In this document: piece by piece, positions 1 through 9,066 of the stretch | How the letters are laid out: each line of letters starts with the position of its first letter | Position numbering within the stretch: position 1 is the stretch's first letter | NCBI GenBank assembly: GCA_964472875.1 | Contig: CAYYMD010000005.1 | Coordinates: 7,670-71,669, forward strand | DNA: 64,000 nt | Direction of reading: 5' to 3' | DNA from: an uncultured Planctomycetaceae bacterium | GTDB taxonomy: Bacteria > Planctomycetota > Phycisphaerae > SM23-33 | Translations under genes and position numbers: made by a program | Notes under the pieces: generated by a model | What the model saw: only the letters and a program-made list of their open reading frames with translations | Database searches by the model: none | What the model was told of the DNA's origin: nothing

Positions 1-613
1 TGATATTGACATTCGTAACGCGACCCTGCTTGCCGACAACCAGTCGCAAGATGGTTCTTCCGGTGACGCCGTCTATTTTTGCCCGCCGGGGGTAATACCG
101 GGACAGGTCCGGCGGCTGGATGAGCAGGGGCCCGCGTGTCGTTCCGGCGGGGCCGGGTGATGACGGATCGGGCGTTGGGGGGACATTCGGCGAACGGCCG
201 ACCACGGGCGTAGAAATCGCCTCGGCCGATATGTCCGGCAACCGGTCGGATACTTCCGGTACGAGGACAGCGTCGGCCCGCGGCATCGTGGGGGCGTCGA
301 GTTTTACCGTCTCTGTGGCGATTTTCGGCATCGGCGGGGAGGGCAGGTTCGGCGCGGCCGGCTTCTCGGCAGGGGCGGCGCTGGTGACAGCCGCATCAGT
401 GACGATCTTCATTTCTTCTTCGGGTAAATCTACCACCTCCAGCGGAACGGCGCGGGGCGGCTTACCTGCGGAGTCTCCTTCGGCCATGTTCCAAGCCGCC
501 AGCAATATGACGAGCGCCGCATTGAGGGCGACAGCACCGGCCGCAGCCAGTATGTGTCGGATGCGGGGCCCGGGGCGGTATTTGTGAGTCAAATTTAGTT
601 TTTTGTTTTCCAT
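1..613 (-). CDS. TonB-like energy transducer; C-terminal part runs off the window start
   Basis: Manual minus-strand translation from the ATG at 613 gives MENKKLNLTHKYRPGPRIRHILAAAGAVALNAALVILLAAW (short cytoplasmic N-terminus plus one TM helix). A Pro-rich linker follows (EKPAAPNLPSPPMPKI ... NVPPTPDPSSPGP). Then a TonB-C-like segment YYPRRAKIDGVTGRTILRLVVGKQGRVTNV. It is absent from the ORF track because the stop codon lies outside the window. It sits immediately downstream of exbD in the same orientation. Confidence 0.6.
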   Translation of the reverse strand, partial: MENKKLNLTHKYRPGPRIRHILAAAGAVALNAALVILLAAWNMAEGDSAGKPPRAVPLEVVDLPEEEMKIVTDAAVTSAAPAEKPAAPNLPSPPMPKIATETVKLDAPTMPRADAVLVPEVSDRLPDISAEAISTPVVGRSPNVPPTPDPSSPGPAGTTRGPLLIQPPDLSRYYPRRAKIDGVTGRTILRLVVGKQGRVTNVNI

Positions 614-626
614 TGCGGTTTAGCCG

Positions 627-1040
627 TTACTCTGCGATTGCGGCAACGCTGACATCCTTCGCGCCGGCGGCCTTGCAAGTGTCCAGCACCTTCAGCAGCA
701 GGTGCGTTGGCACGTCCCGGTCGGCCTGGATGACCACGCGGCGGGCGTCGAGGTCTTTCATGGCGGCCTCGATGGACGAGGCGTCGCCGGGATTTATTGT
801 GCGCCCGGCCACGTGAACGGTGCCAGCCTTGGTGATGGCCACGGGCAGGTATCGCGCGGTTATCTGCTCGGCCGAGGCGCTCTGTGGGCGGTTCACCACC
901 ACGCCGGAGTCCTGGACGAAACTCGTCGAGACGATGTAGAAAATCAGCAGGATGAACACCATGTCTATCAGCGGAGCCATCTCGATGGTCGCGCCTTTAC
1001 TGCTGTATCGCCTGCCTGTAAGCACGTCGCGGCGCATCAT
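627..1040 (-). CDS. exbD: ExbD/TolR biopolymer transport protein
   Basis: 137 aa with one N-terminal TM helix and the conserved Asp (PLIDMVFILLIFYIV), followed by an ExbD periplasmic domain. It overlaps the upstream exbB by 4 nt. Confidence 0.8.
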   Translation of the reverse strand: MMRRDVLTGRRYSSKGATIEMAPLIDMVFILLIFYIVSTSFVQDSGVVVNRPQSASAEQITARYLPVAITKAGTVHVAGRTINPGDASSIEAAMKDLDARRVVIQADRDVPTHLLLKVLDTCKAAGAKDVSVAAIAE

Positions 1041-1498
1041 CGCACCTTCTCTTTCATGCGGGCGGTTTGGGCCAATTGGCTGACCAGCTGCCGCCGACGA
1101 AGCAAAAATCTCTCGACCAGCAGGCCCGGGGCCGCTATGGCCAGACCGAACTGCGTGGTCAGCAGCGACTTCCGTATGCCGGCGCTCATCTCGGTTATAT
1201 ATCCGCCCTGCAGTATGCTTCTAAATGTTTCTATCATGCCGGTGACGGTGCCCAGCAGGCCAAACAAGGGGGCTATCACTATACACGCGCGGATGAGCCC
1301 CATGCGTCGCAGGCCCGCCAGTTCGCCGGTTTCGCGCATCGCAATGTTCCCGAAGGCCCCGGCACTGCGTAAAATTTTCGCCCGCACGGTAACGTCCCAC
1401 AGCTGCTCCAGTATCAGGAAAGTCATCGCCAGCGACAGGACGCACAGGGCGTACATCACTGCGCCGCCGTCATTTAACCATTTTATGATTTCGCTCAT
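1037..1498 (-). CDS. exbB: MotA/TolQ/ExbB proton-channel protein
   Basis: 153 aa carrying the MotA/ExbB signature LFGLLGTVTGMIETF ... LLTTQFGLAIAAPGLL. It is translationally coupled to the flanking genes. Confidence 0.8.
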   Translation of the reverse strand: MSEIIKWLNDGGAVMYALCVLSLAMTFLILEQLWDVTVRAKILRSAGAFGNIAMRETGELAGLRRMGLIRACIVIAPLFGLLGTVTGMIETFRSILQGGYITEMSAGIRKSLLTTQFGLAIAAPGLLVERFLLRRRQLVSQLAQTARMKEKVR

Positions 1499-2832
1499 TT
1501 GTCACGTCCGGATGAATCTTCGTGGTTAAGACCGAACACTCGTATCGCGTCGTGTTCGAGCAGGGCCTCGCGACGCTCGACCCAGCGGGCCAGGCCCGCA
1601 TGCGCCAACAGCAGCGGAATGGCCACCATCAATCCGAACTGCGTGGTGATAAGCGCCTCGGAGATACCGCCGGACAGCAGGCGGGGATTTCCCGTGCCCG
1701 CCGTCGAGATCGTATCGAAGGTGGCGATCATTCCAGAGACGGTACCCAGAAGCCCCAGCAGCGGCGCCACGCCTGCCAGGGCCGCCAGCACCGAGAGTGA
1801 CCTCTCCAGTTTGGGGGCCTCGGCCAGAAGGGCTGTCTCCATCGCCGCGTCGCGCTGCTGCTCGTCGGCGCCCATGGAGTCTATGCCGGCCCGCAGCACG
1901 CGGGCAGTCGGCGTGTAAGATTTTTTCAGTTCGATGTGCGCCTCTGAGGCCCGGCCGCTGCCAACCCTTGCCAATACGTCATTCACCAGCGACGGCGGCG
2001 CCTTGGTAGCCACCAGGTACACCACCCTCTCAATGATGAGGATGATTCCAACGGCCCCGACGACAATTATCGGATAAATGAACAGGCCGCCGGCGCTAAT
2101 CCAACTTTTCATCGTCCACGGCCGAGACGGGCTTCGCTCTACCAAAGACCCATCCACGTCCAAGGGCAGATGGGCAAGTTCGCCGTCGGCGGCTGCATGA
2201 AGAGTATCGGCGCCGTCCTCGGGAACGTACTGGCCCGTAACGCGCATGGAGCCGTCGGGCAATTTGCCAAGCAGGCCCAGCGTCGCCTCATTGTCGCCGC
2301 AGGCGTAGGCGGCGAAGTCGCCAAGGTGCAGCACGGTAACGCGTTGTTCGCCACCGTCGCGAGCCACGATATTTTCCGGACCGACGGTAACGTCGAAACC
2401 GTTGCGTATATTTTGCATCCGGCGCCTAAGCGCATCCCATGCTGCCTGCTCCACGGCAGCTATGGAATCGTTCACTTCTATCGAAGCGCCGGCAAGTTCC
2501 GCCAACTGTGTTACAATGTTTTTAGTGCGACGCTCGGCCATGGCGGCGTTGCTGCGGAGGTCTTCGGCCTTCTGTCGCATGCTTTCCAGCGATCGCTCGG
2601 TCTCTTTTGCCTCTGCGCGGGCGGCGTCGAGATTTTCGTAGGCCTTTTGTAACTTCGCGGCCAGTTCTTTGCGGCGTTGAAGATGTGCGGTTTTCGCCTC
2701 GGCCAGACGCTTGCGGGCCTGTTTGCGTGTGGCCCTTGCGCGGGAGAGCAGATCCTGCGGCGAGGGCAACTCCTGCGCAGCGACCGGGAGTGTAAGAATA
2801 ATGGGCACAATAACGCACAGGCCTCGCTTCAT
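1495..2832 (-). CDS. Large MotA/TolQ/ExbB-domain protein with N-terminal signal peptide and periplasmic coiled coil (TtpC-like, TonB2-system type)
   Basis: 445 aa. An N-terminal signal peptide is followed by a long coiled-coil-rich region. The C-terminal ~200 aa hold an ExbB domain (LLGLLGTVSGMIATFD ... LITTQFGLMVAIPLLL). The architecture and the position upstream of exbB-exbD-tonB match Vibrio-type TonB2 clusters. Confidence 0.6.
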   Translation of the reverse strand: MKRGLCVIVPIILTLPVAAQELPSPQDLLSRARATRKQARKRLAEAKTAHLQRRKELAAKLQKAYENLDAARAEAKETERSLESMRQKAEDLRSNAAMAERRTKNIVTQLAELAGASIEVNDSIAAVEQAAWDALRRRMQNIRNGFDVTVGPENIVARDGGEQRVTVLHLGDFAAYACGDNEATLGLLGKLPDGSMRVTGQYVPEDGADTLHAAADGELAHLPLDVDGSLVERSPSRPWTMKSWISAGGLFIYPIIVVGAVGIILIIERVVYLVATKAPPSLVNDVLARVGSGRASEAHIELKKSYTPTARVLRAGIDSMGADEQQRDAAMETALLAEAPKLERSLSVLAALAGVAPLLGLLGTVSGMIATFDTISTAGTGNPRLLSGGISEALITTQFGLMVAIPLLLAHAGLARWVERREALLEHDAIRVFGLNHEDSSGRDK

Positions 2833-3692
2833 TGTTCCTGCTCCTCGTTTTTATCGACGTTCAGGTGATGCACCGGAAGGAGCGTCCAGTGGGGCGCGGA
2901 CTGCCCCTCGGCGATGGCGAAGGCCTTTTTGATGGACTCTGCGTCCTGCTCGTCGGCCGCGGGATCCAACATCAGTTCCTCATCTTGCATGGTGGCCTGG
3001 CCGGCTTTTTTGCCGTCAAGCGACATCCACCACGCGGCCGCGCCGCCGGCGCGAAGGAGTTTGACGGTTACGGTCCGCCCGCCCAGTTCCGCGTTGACCA
3101 GTTCCACAGTTGAGGTGCAGTTGTTCTGCTCGGTTTTGGCCAGGCGATTAATATCGGCCGAAAATCGCCGCAGCGGGTCGGTTATCCCAGCAGCGGTGTC
3201 CGGCGGGACAACGCCGGGCAGCGAGTGGCCCTTCAGCGTTTCCAAGGCCTGTTCGAGCCGTTCGGCGAGTGCGTCCACCATCGCCTCGACCTCTACGAGC
3301 CGCTGCTGTTGGGCCTGCTCGTCGGCCACCTGCTTTTTCAGTTCCGAGCGATTCTTTTCGGCCTTATCGGCTTCCCGCCTGAGTTGCTCGGCCCGACGGT
3401 TGACCGAGTCTATGAGCATTTGGAGTTTTTCCTCCTCCATGGCCCATTGTTGCTCGGCCTGTTGCAGTTCATCGCGGGCCTGGTCGGCAGCGATTAGTTC
3501 GGCAATTACGTTTTGCGCGATAGAGGACGACGGGCGGGTGGCAGGCGAATCCGGCGGATCGCCCGTGGCCAGGGACATCAGCGCCAACAGACAAACAGCC
3601 GCATGCAAGTGAATGTTTTTGCATACGCGGCCGATGCCGGCGACAAACCCGACGATAATTTTCAAAACCATTTTTGATGCCTCAATTTGCAC
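2829..3692 (-). CDS. Secreted coiled-coil protein (DUF3450-like accessory protein of TonB2-type clusters)
   Basis: 287 aa with a signal-peptide-like N-terminus and extensive heptad-type coiled coil (AEQLRREADKAEKNRSELKKQVADEQAQQQRLVE...). It overlaps the downstream TtpC-like gene by 4 nt. The family assignment is by architecture and context only. Confidence 0.45.
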   Translation of the reverse strand: MQIEASKMVLKIIVGFVAGIGRVCKNIHLHAAVCLLALMSLATGDPPDSPATRPSSSIAQNVIAELIAADQARDELQQAEQQWAMEEEKLQMLIDSVNRRAEQLRREADKAEKNRSELKKQVADEQAQQQRLVEVEAMVDALAERLEQALETLKGHSLPGVVPPDTAAGITDPLRRFSADINRLAKTEQNNCTSTVELVNAELGGRTVTVKLLRAGGAAAWWMSLDGKKAGQATMQDEELMLDPAADEQDAESIKKAFAIAEGQSAPHWTLLPVHHLNVDKNEEQEQ

Positions 3693-3720
3693 GGTACAGA
3701 ATAATTATAAACTATTGAGT

Positions 3721-5769
3721 TCAAAACTTCAGGCCCAGGCCGCTTTTGAACGTGGCGCCTTCGTTGGGCCATCCGACGACCGTGGAATAATGCTCGTCGA
3801 ATATATTGTCCACGCCGAAGAAAACATAGTGCTGTTTGTCCTCGCCGAAGTAATATGTAACCTTCGTGTTGACCTCTGTGAAGTCGCCCAGGTCGACCGG
3901 CGCACTGCCCGAGGCGAGGAACCGCTGGTTTTCGTACTGAGAGACGCGCTTGGCCAGTACGGAGAATTCGACGTTCTTAATTAGGTACGACACGCCGCCG
4001 CCGAGAATGATATTGGGAACTTCCTCATCCTCGACCCATACACCATCCTCTTTTTTCTCCGTTTGCATGCCGACGGCGTTGAAGAAAAACTGCAGTCCGT
4101 TGTCGAACCTTTTTGACCGCACGTCCAGTTCCAGGCCATAGTTGTCCCTGTCGGTGTTTTCGAACAGCCCGAATTCGTTGCCATTGACGGTGACCGTCTG
4201 TCGTGTCAGCACGGCCGCGTCCTGCTGATGGACGTAAAATGCTGTCAGCGAGGCCTCGCCGAAGCGGTCCCATTCCCGCTTGAGGCCCAGGTCACATTTT
4301 GTCCTGGTCTCGGTTCCGGGCTGCTGGAGGTCGGTGTCGAGCATGCCGGGATTGGCCTCCAACTGGCCTCGCGTCACATTGGCGTGAATAGAGTAGCCCT
4401 TGGGCAGTTTATACACACCGCCGAGCGTGAACGTGTGCAGCGGATCGCGCCACTCGTCTTGGACTTTCACGTTCCTGAGGCCCCCCTTGGGGCTGCCTTC
4501 GACGTTGAAGCCGCCAAACTCGTTATAGTAGGTGCGGCTGAGGCGATAGCCGGCATTCAAAATTAAATTGCCGAAATCGTGCTCGTCGACGATTATCCCC
4601 GAATACGTCCACAGGTCAGCGGGGTTGCCCACATAAAATCGTTTTCCTGTCGGCGATATCCAGTTGTTGAACAGGCCGCCGAATCGCAGCGTGTTTTTCT
4701 CGCAGAGTTTCAGCGTCTGAGTTATTCGCGCCCCGTATTCGAAGTCGTCCTCGAGCCAGTCGTCGCTGCCGGAGGTATGGCCGTGAAATCGCCGCTGGGC
4801 GTAGTTGGCGATTATTTCTGTGGCGGCCCTGTCGCTCGGCTGATACCGCGCCTTGCCCACGAACAGGTAACTTTTCATCGGATCATAGTTAGTACTTTCG
4901 GTCCGGAACCTGGCCTGCGCGGGCGGTTCCGCAAGTTGCAGCGAGCGGTCGCCGAAGAAACTCATGCCCATAACTGAGAAAGTCCATTCCGGAGTGGGAC
5001 TGGCGACAATACGGCTATAGAGGTTGGTGATATTCTCATTGGCGTTTTCGCCATCCGGTCCGTCTGTGTGTTTGTACCCCGCCCCGATGGCGTAGGACAG
5101 TTCGCCGATTACGTCGCCGTGGCTGAGGTCAGTGCGGGAGGTGTTGTGGCTTCCGTAAAGGGTCTTAATATTGGTCCGGCGCTTGGTGTACGTGCGGGGG
5201 ATGATGTTTATCATGCCGGACATACCGCCGGGGCTGAGCATCATGGCGCCGCTGGAGCGAAGGACCTCCAGCCGTTCGAGGTTCGCGGTGCTGATAAAAT
5301 ATCCCGTTTCGTGGAATTCCCTGAACCATGCGCCGTCGATGAGATAACCCGGATAGGGATATCGCTGCCCGCGGACCGAAAAGAACTTTTTAACCTTTCT
5401 ACCGCGGGACTCCGTCCACGCGCCCGGCACGTACTTAAGCGCGTCAATGACGGAATACGCATCCAGCCATTCCATCTCCTCCTTGCCCACAACGCTTTGT
5501 GCGGTGTCCAGTCCTGGTGACTCGCTCAATGGCCGCTTGATTAGGTCGCGGGGCCCCTGGGCGGTGAAGTTGGACTTTTCGCCCTGCTCCACGGGTGATT
5601 TTTTACCCGTTATGGTGATGGTTTGCGCCTGTTCGTCCTCCCGGCCGGCGGGTTGCGTGGCCGGTTGCGTAGACGCAGCGACGGAATCATCATCGCCCGC
5701 TGCAGTCGAGTAAACGAATAAAAACGTTGCGAATATTGCCAAAAACATCTTCGAACTACTGAACTTCAT
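3721..5769 (-). CDS. TonB-dependent outer-membrane receptor
   Basis: About 680 aa with a signal peptide (MKFSSSKMFLAIFATFLFVYSTAAG), a plug-domain-like region and a long beta-barrel ending in the C-terminal aromatic GLGLKF. The probable start is the internal Met at 5769; the ORF track extends it to 5814. Confidence 0.8.
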   Translation of the reverse strand: MKFSSSKMFLAIFATFLFVYSTAAGDDDSVAASTQPATQPAGREDEQAQTITITGKKSPVEQGEKSNFTAQGPRDLIKRPLSESPGLDTAQSVVGKEEMEWLDAYSVIDALKYVPGAWTESRGRKVKKFFSVRGQRYPYPGYLIDGAWFREFHETGYFISTANLERLEVLRSSGAMMLSPGGMSGMINIIPRTYTKRRTNIKTLYGSHNTSRTDLSHGDVIGELSYAIGAGYKHTDGPDGENANENITNLYSRIVASPTPEWTFSVMGMSFFGDRSLQLAEPPAQARFRTESTNYDPMKSYLFVGKARYQPSDRAATEIIANYAQRRFHGHTSGSDDWLEDDFEYGARITQTLKLCEKNTLRFGGLFNNWISPTGKRFYVGNPADLWTYSGIIVDEHDFGNLILNAGYRLSRTYYNEFGGFNVEGSPKGGLRNVKVQDEWRDPLHTFTLGGVYKLPKGYSIHANVTRGQLEANPGMLDTDLQQPGTETRTKCDLGLKREWDRFGEASLTAFYVHQQDAAVLTRQTVTVNGNEFGLFENTDRDNYGLELDVRSKRFDNGLQFFFNAVGMQTEKKEDGVWVEDEEVPNIILGGGVSYLIKNVEFSVLAKRVSQYENQRFLASGSAPVDLGDFTEVNTKVTYYFGEDKQHYVFFGVDNIFDEHYSTVVGWPNEGATFKSGLGLKF

Positions 5770-5845
5770 CGAATAAATCCTTTCCTTTCTCTGTTGGTAA
5801 AACGTCTGTAACAATTCCGGCTGTTGGTCTACATTTTGGGGGTGA

Positions 5846-7294
5846 TTACGAGCGGCCGGGTTCGGCCATGACGATGGCGTGTACGGTGCCGTCGCGTGTT
5901 TTTATGTATCCTGTGTCGCCGACACTGGCGAAGGCGTTGCATGAGAGCACTCCGGGTATACGACGGACGATTTTTCCGGTGCGGCGATCCAGCGCCACGA
6001 GCCGTCCGTTCCGGCGGGTGTCGACGTAATAAATAAGTCCGCCGGTCTCACTCAGCGGACTGCATCCCTCGGCGGCGCGCTTCCAGAGCACCCGGCCCGT
6101 GCGACGGTCAATCGCAGTTACATTCCTGCCCCTCAGATAGAGTCCCTCGGAGGTCGTCAGCAGGCACCGGGTGGGGCTGACCGCCCTGCGCCACAGTGTT
6201 CGGCGAGAGTTTTCATCGATGCAGAACAGTTTGCTGTCCATGCCGAGTTCGGTTTGTGCGAAATAAATCCGTCCGGACCCCAGCGCCACAAGCGGTCGTC
6301 CGATGGCGAACCTGCTGTCCTCGAATTCTCGGCGCCACAAAATATGCCCGGAGGACGCCTCCAGCCGCATCAGCCGCCCCGCAGTTGCTACGTAAATATA
6401 ACCGTTTCTATTTGCCGCACGGGAAGGCAGCCCCTCACGCTCGAATGACCGCGTCCACTTTACCTCGCCCGTGGATGCGTTCAGCATTCGCACCTCGCGG
6501 CCGACGGTCCAGCATACCCTGTCCTGGCCCAGTGGCGACGGCCGGGAGGGATATATCGTGTGCCCGCGCCCCCGATAGATACTTTGCCACAATTTGCCGC
6601 CGTCGGCGGCGTCCAGCGCAAGCAGGGCGATTTGCCCGTTTTGCCCCTTGGCCAGACAGAATACCCTTTTTCCGTCGGCTGCGAGATAACCGAAACTTCT
6701 GGCCGGGCAAGTCCATTTGGACTCGCCGGTGGCGGCGTCCACGGCTACCACATGTCCGTCCGTATCATCGCCGGCAACAAAATACATGTTGTCGCCGTTT
6801 ACGATGAAACCATCCGCCGTAGAAGCCCGCGCGGCCATGGCGCCTTCGTAACGCCACTTTTCAAGAAATCCGTTGCTGGCTGATGTTTTCCGCGGCTGCG
6901 ATTCGCCACTGATTATGCCCCACAAACTCACCGCCGCGATAAGTACGGCCGCGGCGCCGAAGACAGTAATGACGCGACGAATACGACGGCCGAAACGTTT
7001 CGATTTGATTTCCCGCGACACTGCATCCTGCAATCTGTATTCGAAAGCGACCGACGGCGCATCGGCGTCGCCTGAGCATTTGACGTCGTCGGCGATCCGT
7101 CGGATTTGCTCCTTGGCCTCGCGGCAGGCCGGACATTGTCCGAGGTGCTCGCGCACCCGGCAGTGTTGCTGCGGCGAAAGGCCGCCAAAGACGTACAATT
7201 CGAGATTTTCGCGGGCTTGTCGGCAGTTCATGGCCGCATCCGGATACGGGCATATCCTTCCATCAATACGCTCAAACCGTCCGCGGCGGGACAA
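5846..7294 (-). CDS. Anti-sigma factor: N-terminal zinc-finger anti-sigma domain, TM helix, periplasmic PQQ-like beta-propeller
   Basis: The N-terminus (CRQARENLELYVFGGLSPQQHCRVREHLGQCPACRE) is a ZAS/ChrR-type anti-sigma zinc finger. One TM helix follows (ITVFGAAAVLIAAVSLWGII). The rest is repeated beta-propeller blades typical of PQQ/BamB-like repeats. It overlaps the ECF sigma gene by 23 nt. Confidence 0.55.
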   Translation of the reverse strand: MSRRGRFERIDGRICPYPDAAMNCRQARENLELYVFGGLSPQQHCRVREHLGQCPACREAKEQIRRIADDVKCSGDADAPSVAFEYRLQDAVSREIKSKRFGRRIRRVITVFGAAAVLIAAVSLWGIISGESQPRKTSASNGFLEKWRYEGAMAARASTADGFIVNGDNMYFVAGDDTDGHVVAVDAATGESKWTCPARSFGYLAADGKRVFCLAKGQNGQIALLALDAADGGKLWQSIYRGRGHTIYPSRPSPLGQDRVCWTVGREVRMLNASTGEVKWTRSFEREGLPSRAANRNGYIYVATAGRLMRLEASSGHILWRREFEDSRFAIGRPLVALGSGRIYFAQTELGMDSKLFCIDENSRRTLWRRAVSPTRCLLTTSEGLYLRGRNVTAIDRRTGRVLWKRAAEGCSPLSETGGLIYYVDTRRNGRLVALDRRTGKIVRRIPGVLSCNAFASVGDTGYIKTRDGTVHAIVMAEPGRS

Positions 7295-7880
7295 TTTTTT
7301 TGGAAATGTCGCCCGAAATTTCTTCCTCTTCCCCTGTGCTGTCTTTGTACAGTCGCCGCATCCGTCCGCTTTTACGCAGTCGCCGAAGCGCCCGCTGGGC
7401 GCGTTTTTTAGCCGCCTCGGTGGAAATCCCCATCGCTGCGGCTACGTCGACGAAAGGCATCTCATGTACAATCCGCAAAGTCAATACCATCCTGTCGTCT
7501 TTACTCAGTCCGGCCAGAATGTCCGATGCGTCAATATCTTTCCATGGTGAGGAGGTGTATGAAATGCATGTGCTCCCGAATGCCTGCTGATTCATTACAT
7601 AATTTGTCCTGCATTTCTTGTGGTGCAACCGCCGTCGAATCATATCTGTGCAAACGTTGCGGAGTATCGTATAGAACCAACTCGAGAACGGCCGGGACGT
7701 GCGGAATTTCTTACGGCTGCGAATCACACGCAGGAACGCCTCCTGGACGGCGTCTTCGGCCGCGTGCCCATCGCCGGCGTGGTCCATAATTCCATTTGCC
7801 ACTGCAAGCGCAGGCGAAGTGTAACGCCGCATGAGTTCATCGAACGCATCTGCGTCGAGGCAGGCCTTGAACCGAGCCAT
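7272..7880 (-). CDS. ECF (sigma-70 family) RNA polymerase sigma factor
   Basis: Region 2 (DAVQEAFLRVIRSRKKFRTSRPFSSWFYTILRNVCTDMIRRRL) and region 4 HTH (DDRMVLTLRIVHEMPFVDVAAAMGISTEAAKKRAQRALRRL) are both recognisable. The start is placed at the internal Met (MARFKAC...) at 7880. The ORF-track start at 8087 would add an implausible 69-aa AT-rich leader. Confidence 0.7.
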   Translation of the reverse strand: MARFKACLDADAFDELMRRYTSPALAVANGIMDHAGDGHAAEDAVQEAFLRVIRSRKKFRTSRPFSSWFYTILRNVCTDMIRRRLHHKKCRTNYVMNQQAFGSTCISYTSSPWKDIDASDILAGLSKDDRMVLTLRIVHEMPFVDVAAAMGISTEAAKKRAQRALRRLRKSGRMRRLYKDSTGEEEEISGDISKKIVPPRTV

Positions 7881-8158
7881 CAGCGATTCATCCCCAGCCG
7901 TACTTTTGCGACAGGGGACACCGTAACTTTTTCTGGAACAAAACGTTGTATTTTTCTTTTTACCGATGCTGTTGTTCCTCCGGATTTCGTGTCCCCATAC
8001 GGCACAGACGCCGCATGGCCGGCCAAATCGTCCGTTTTTGAAGTTAAACTCGATAATGTTATTATGGTTTTCCAATTTTATTGACAATTATTATTCACTA
8101 TTAATTTTCTGTTGCGATATGAAGTGTGAAGAAAATTGCCGAAATCCAAAATTTCTGG

Positions 8159-9004
8159 TTACTTGCTGAAATAAAGCCAAACGCCGTAATTGAGAGAGGA
8201 ATCTTCGGGCTTATGTCGAATTATCTCGAAGTCTTCGACATCCATTTGATTCATAATCACACGAAAACGCTTGGCGTCCTTGTCCGGATTGTACTTGGGC
8301 CCGCCGATTAAATGTTTGCGGGTCAGTTTTCTTACCTCACTTTCGGGCATAGTGGGCGCCACACCGCGCCCGATGAAGGCCTTCCCGCCCGGGCGCAGTA
8401 CCCTGTGAATTTCGGCCAGACCTGTTCGCAAGTCGCTCCAGAACTGGTAACTGCCGCGCGATATTATTATATCCGCGTAATTTTTCTTGAACGGCATGTC
8501 GCAGGCATCCGCAAACACAAATCCCGTACGATGCGCAAAATTGTAATCAAGAGATTCTTGTGCAAAGTTCCGAGCGCACCACGTGTTGATATCCGTGTTT
8601 ACCCAGTAGAAACGCTTGGTTCGCTCTACTAATTCAAAAACGAGATTGCCCGAACCGCCGCCGATATCAATCCCGATTCCCGCGCGTTTTGACAGGTTAA
8701 ACCGGTCCACCAAATAATCGGCCAGTCGGGCATAAACAATCTTCCGTCTGTCGCCAATCTTATCGATTCTCGCGGCTCTTTCCGGTCCGAATTTTTCGTA
8801 ATTCGGCCGCCGCAGGCCAAATCCAATTGTCGTGAGGGGTTTTTTTACATCAAAGCCGTGGTGAGCAAAAATTTCCCGGGCACGTGGACCGGCGCACACC
8901 AATCCCGTGCGTAAAGGAACGGCCACGATTTTCGAGCCCCTTTCAGTCGGCCGGCGGCTGCGTTCATCACCCTCGCCGCCGCTTAAAAAATGTCTTGCTT
9001 TCAA
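8159..9004 (-). CDS. Class I SAM-dependent methyltransferase
   Basis: Glycine-rich SAM motif I (GIDIGGGSGNLVFEL) and post-I/II motifs (ADIIISRGSYQFW, LRPGGKAFIG). Confidence 0.6.
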   Translation of the reverse strand: MKARHFLSGGEGDERSRRPTERGSKIVAVPLRTGLVCAGPRAREIFAHHGFDVKKPLTTIGFGLRRPNYEKFGPERAARIDKIGDRRKIVYARLADYLVDRFNLSKRAGIGIDIGGGSGNLVFELVERTKRFYWVNTDINTWCARNFAQESLDYNFAHRTGFVFADACDMPFKKNYADIIISRGSYQFWSDLRTGLAEIHRVLRPGGKAFIGRGVAPTMPESEVRKLTRKHLIGGPKYNPDKDAKRFRVIMNQMDVEDFEIIRHKPEDSSLNYGVWLYFSK

Positions 9005-9066
9005 GGCAGCACTGAATTATAAAATAATATGGAATAGTCAACTTATACTGATTTAAGGATGAACAA

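Noticed and set aside
120-1529. Plus-strand ORFs 120-587, 613-816 and 702-1529
   Set aside because: They are antisense to the TonB (1-613), exbD and exbB genes. Their products are low-complexity (PAGPGDDGSGVGG...) with no motifs. These are shadow ORFs.
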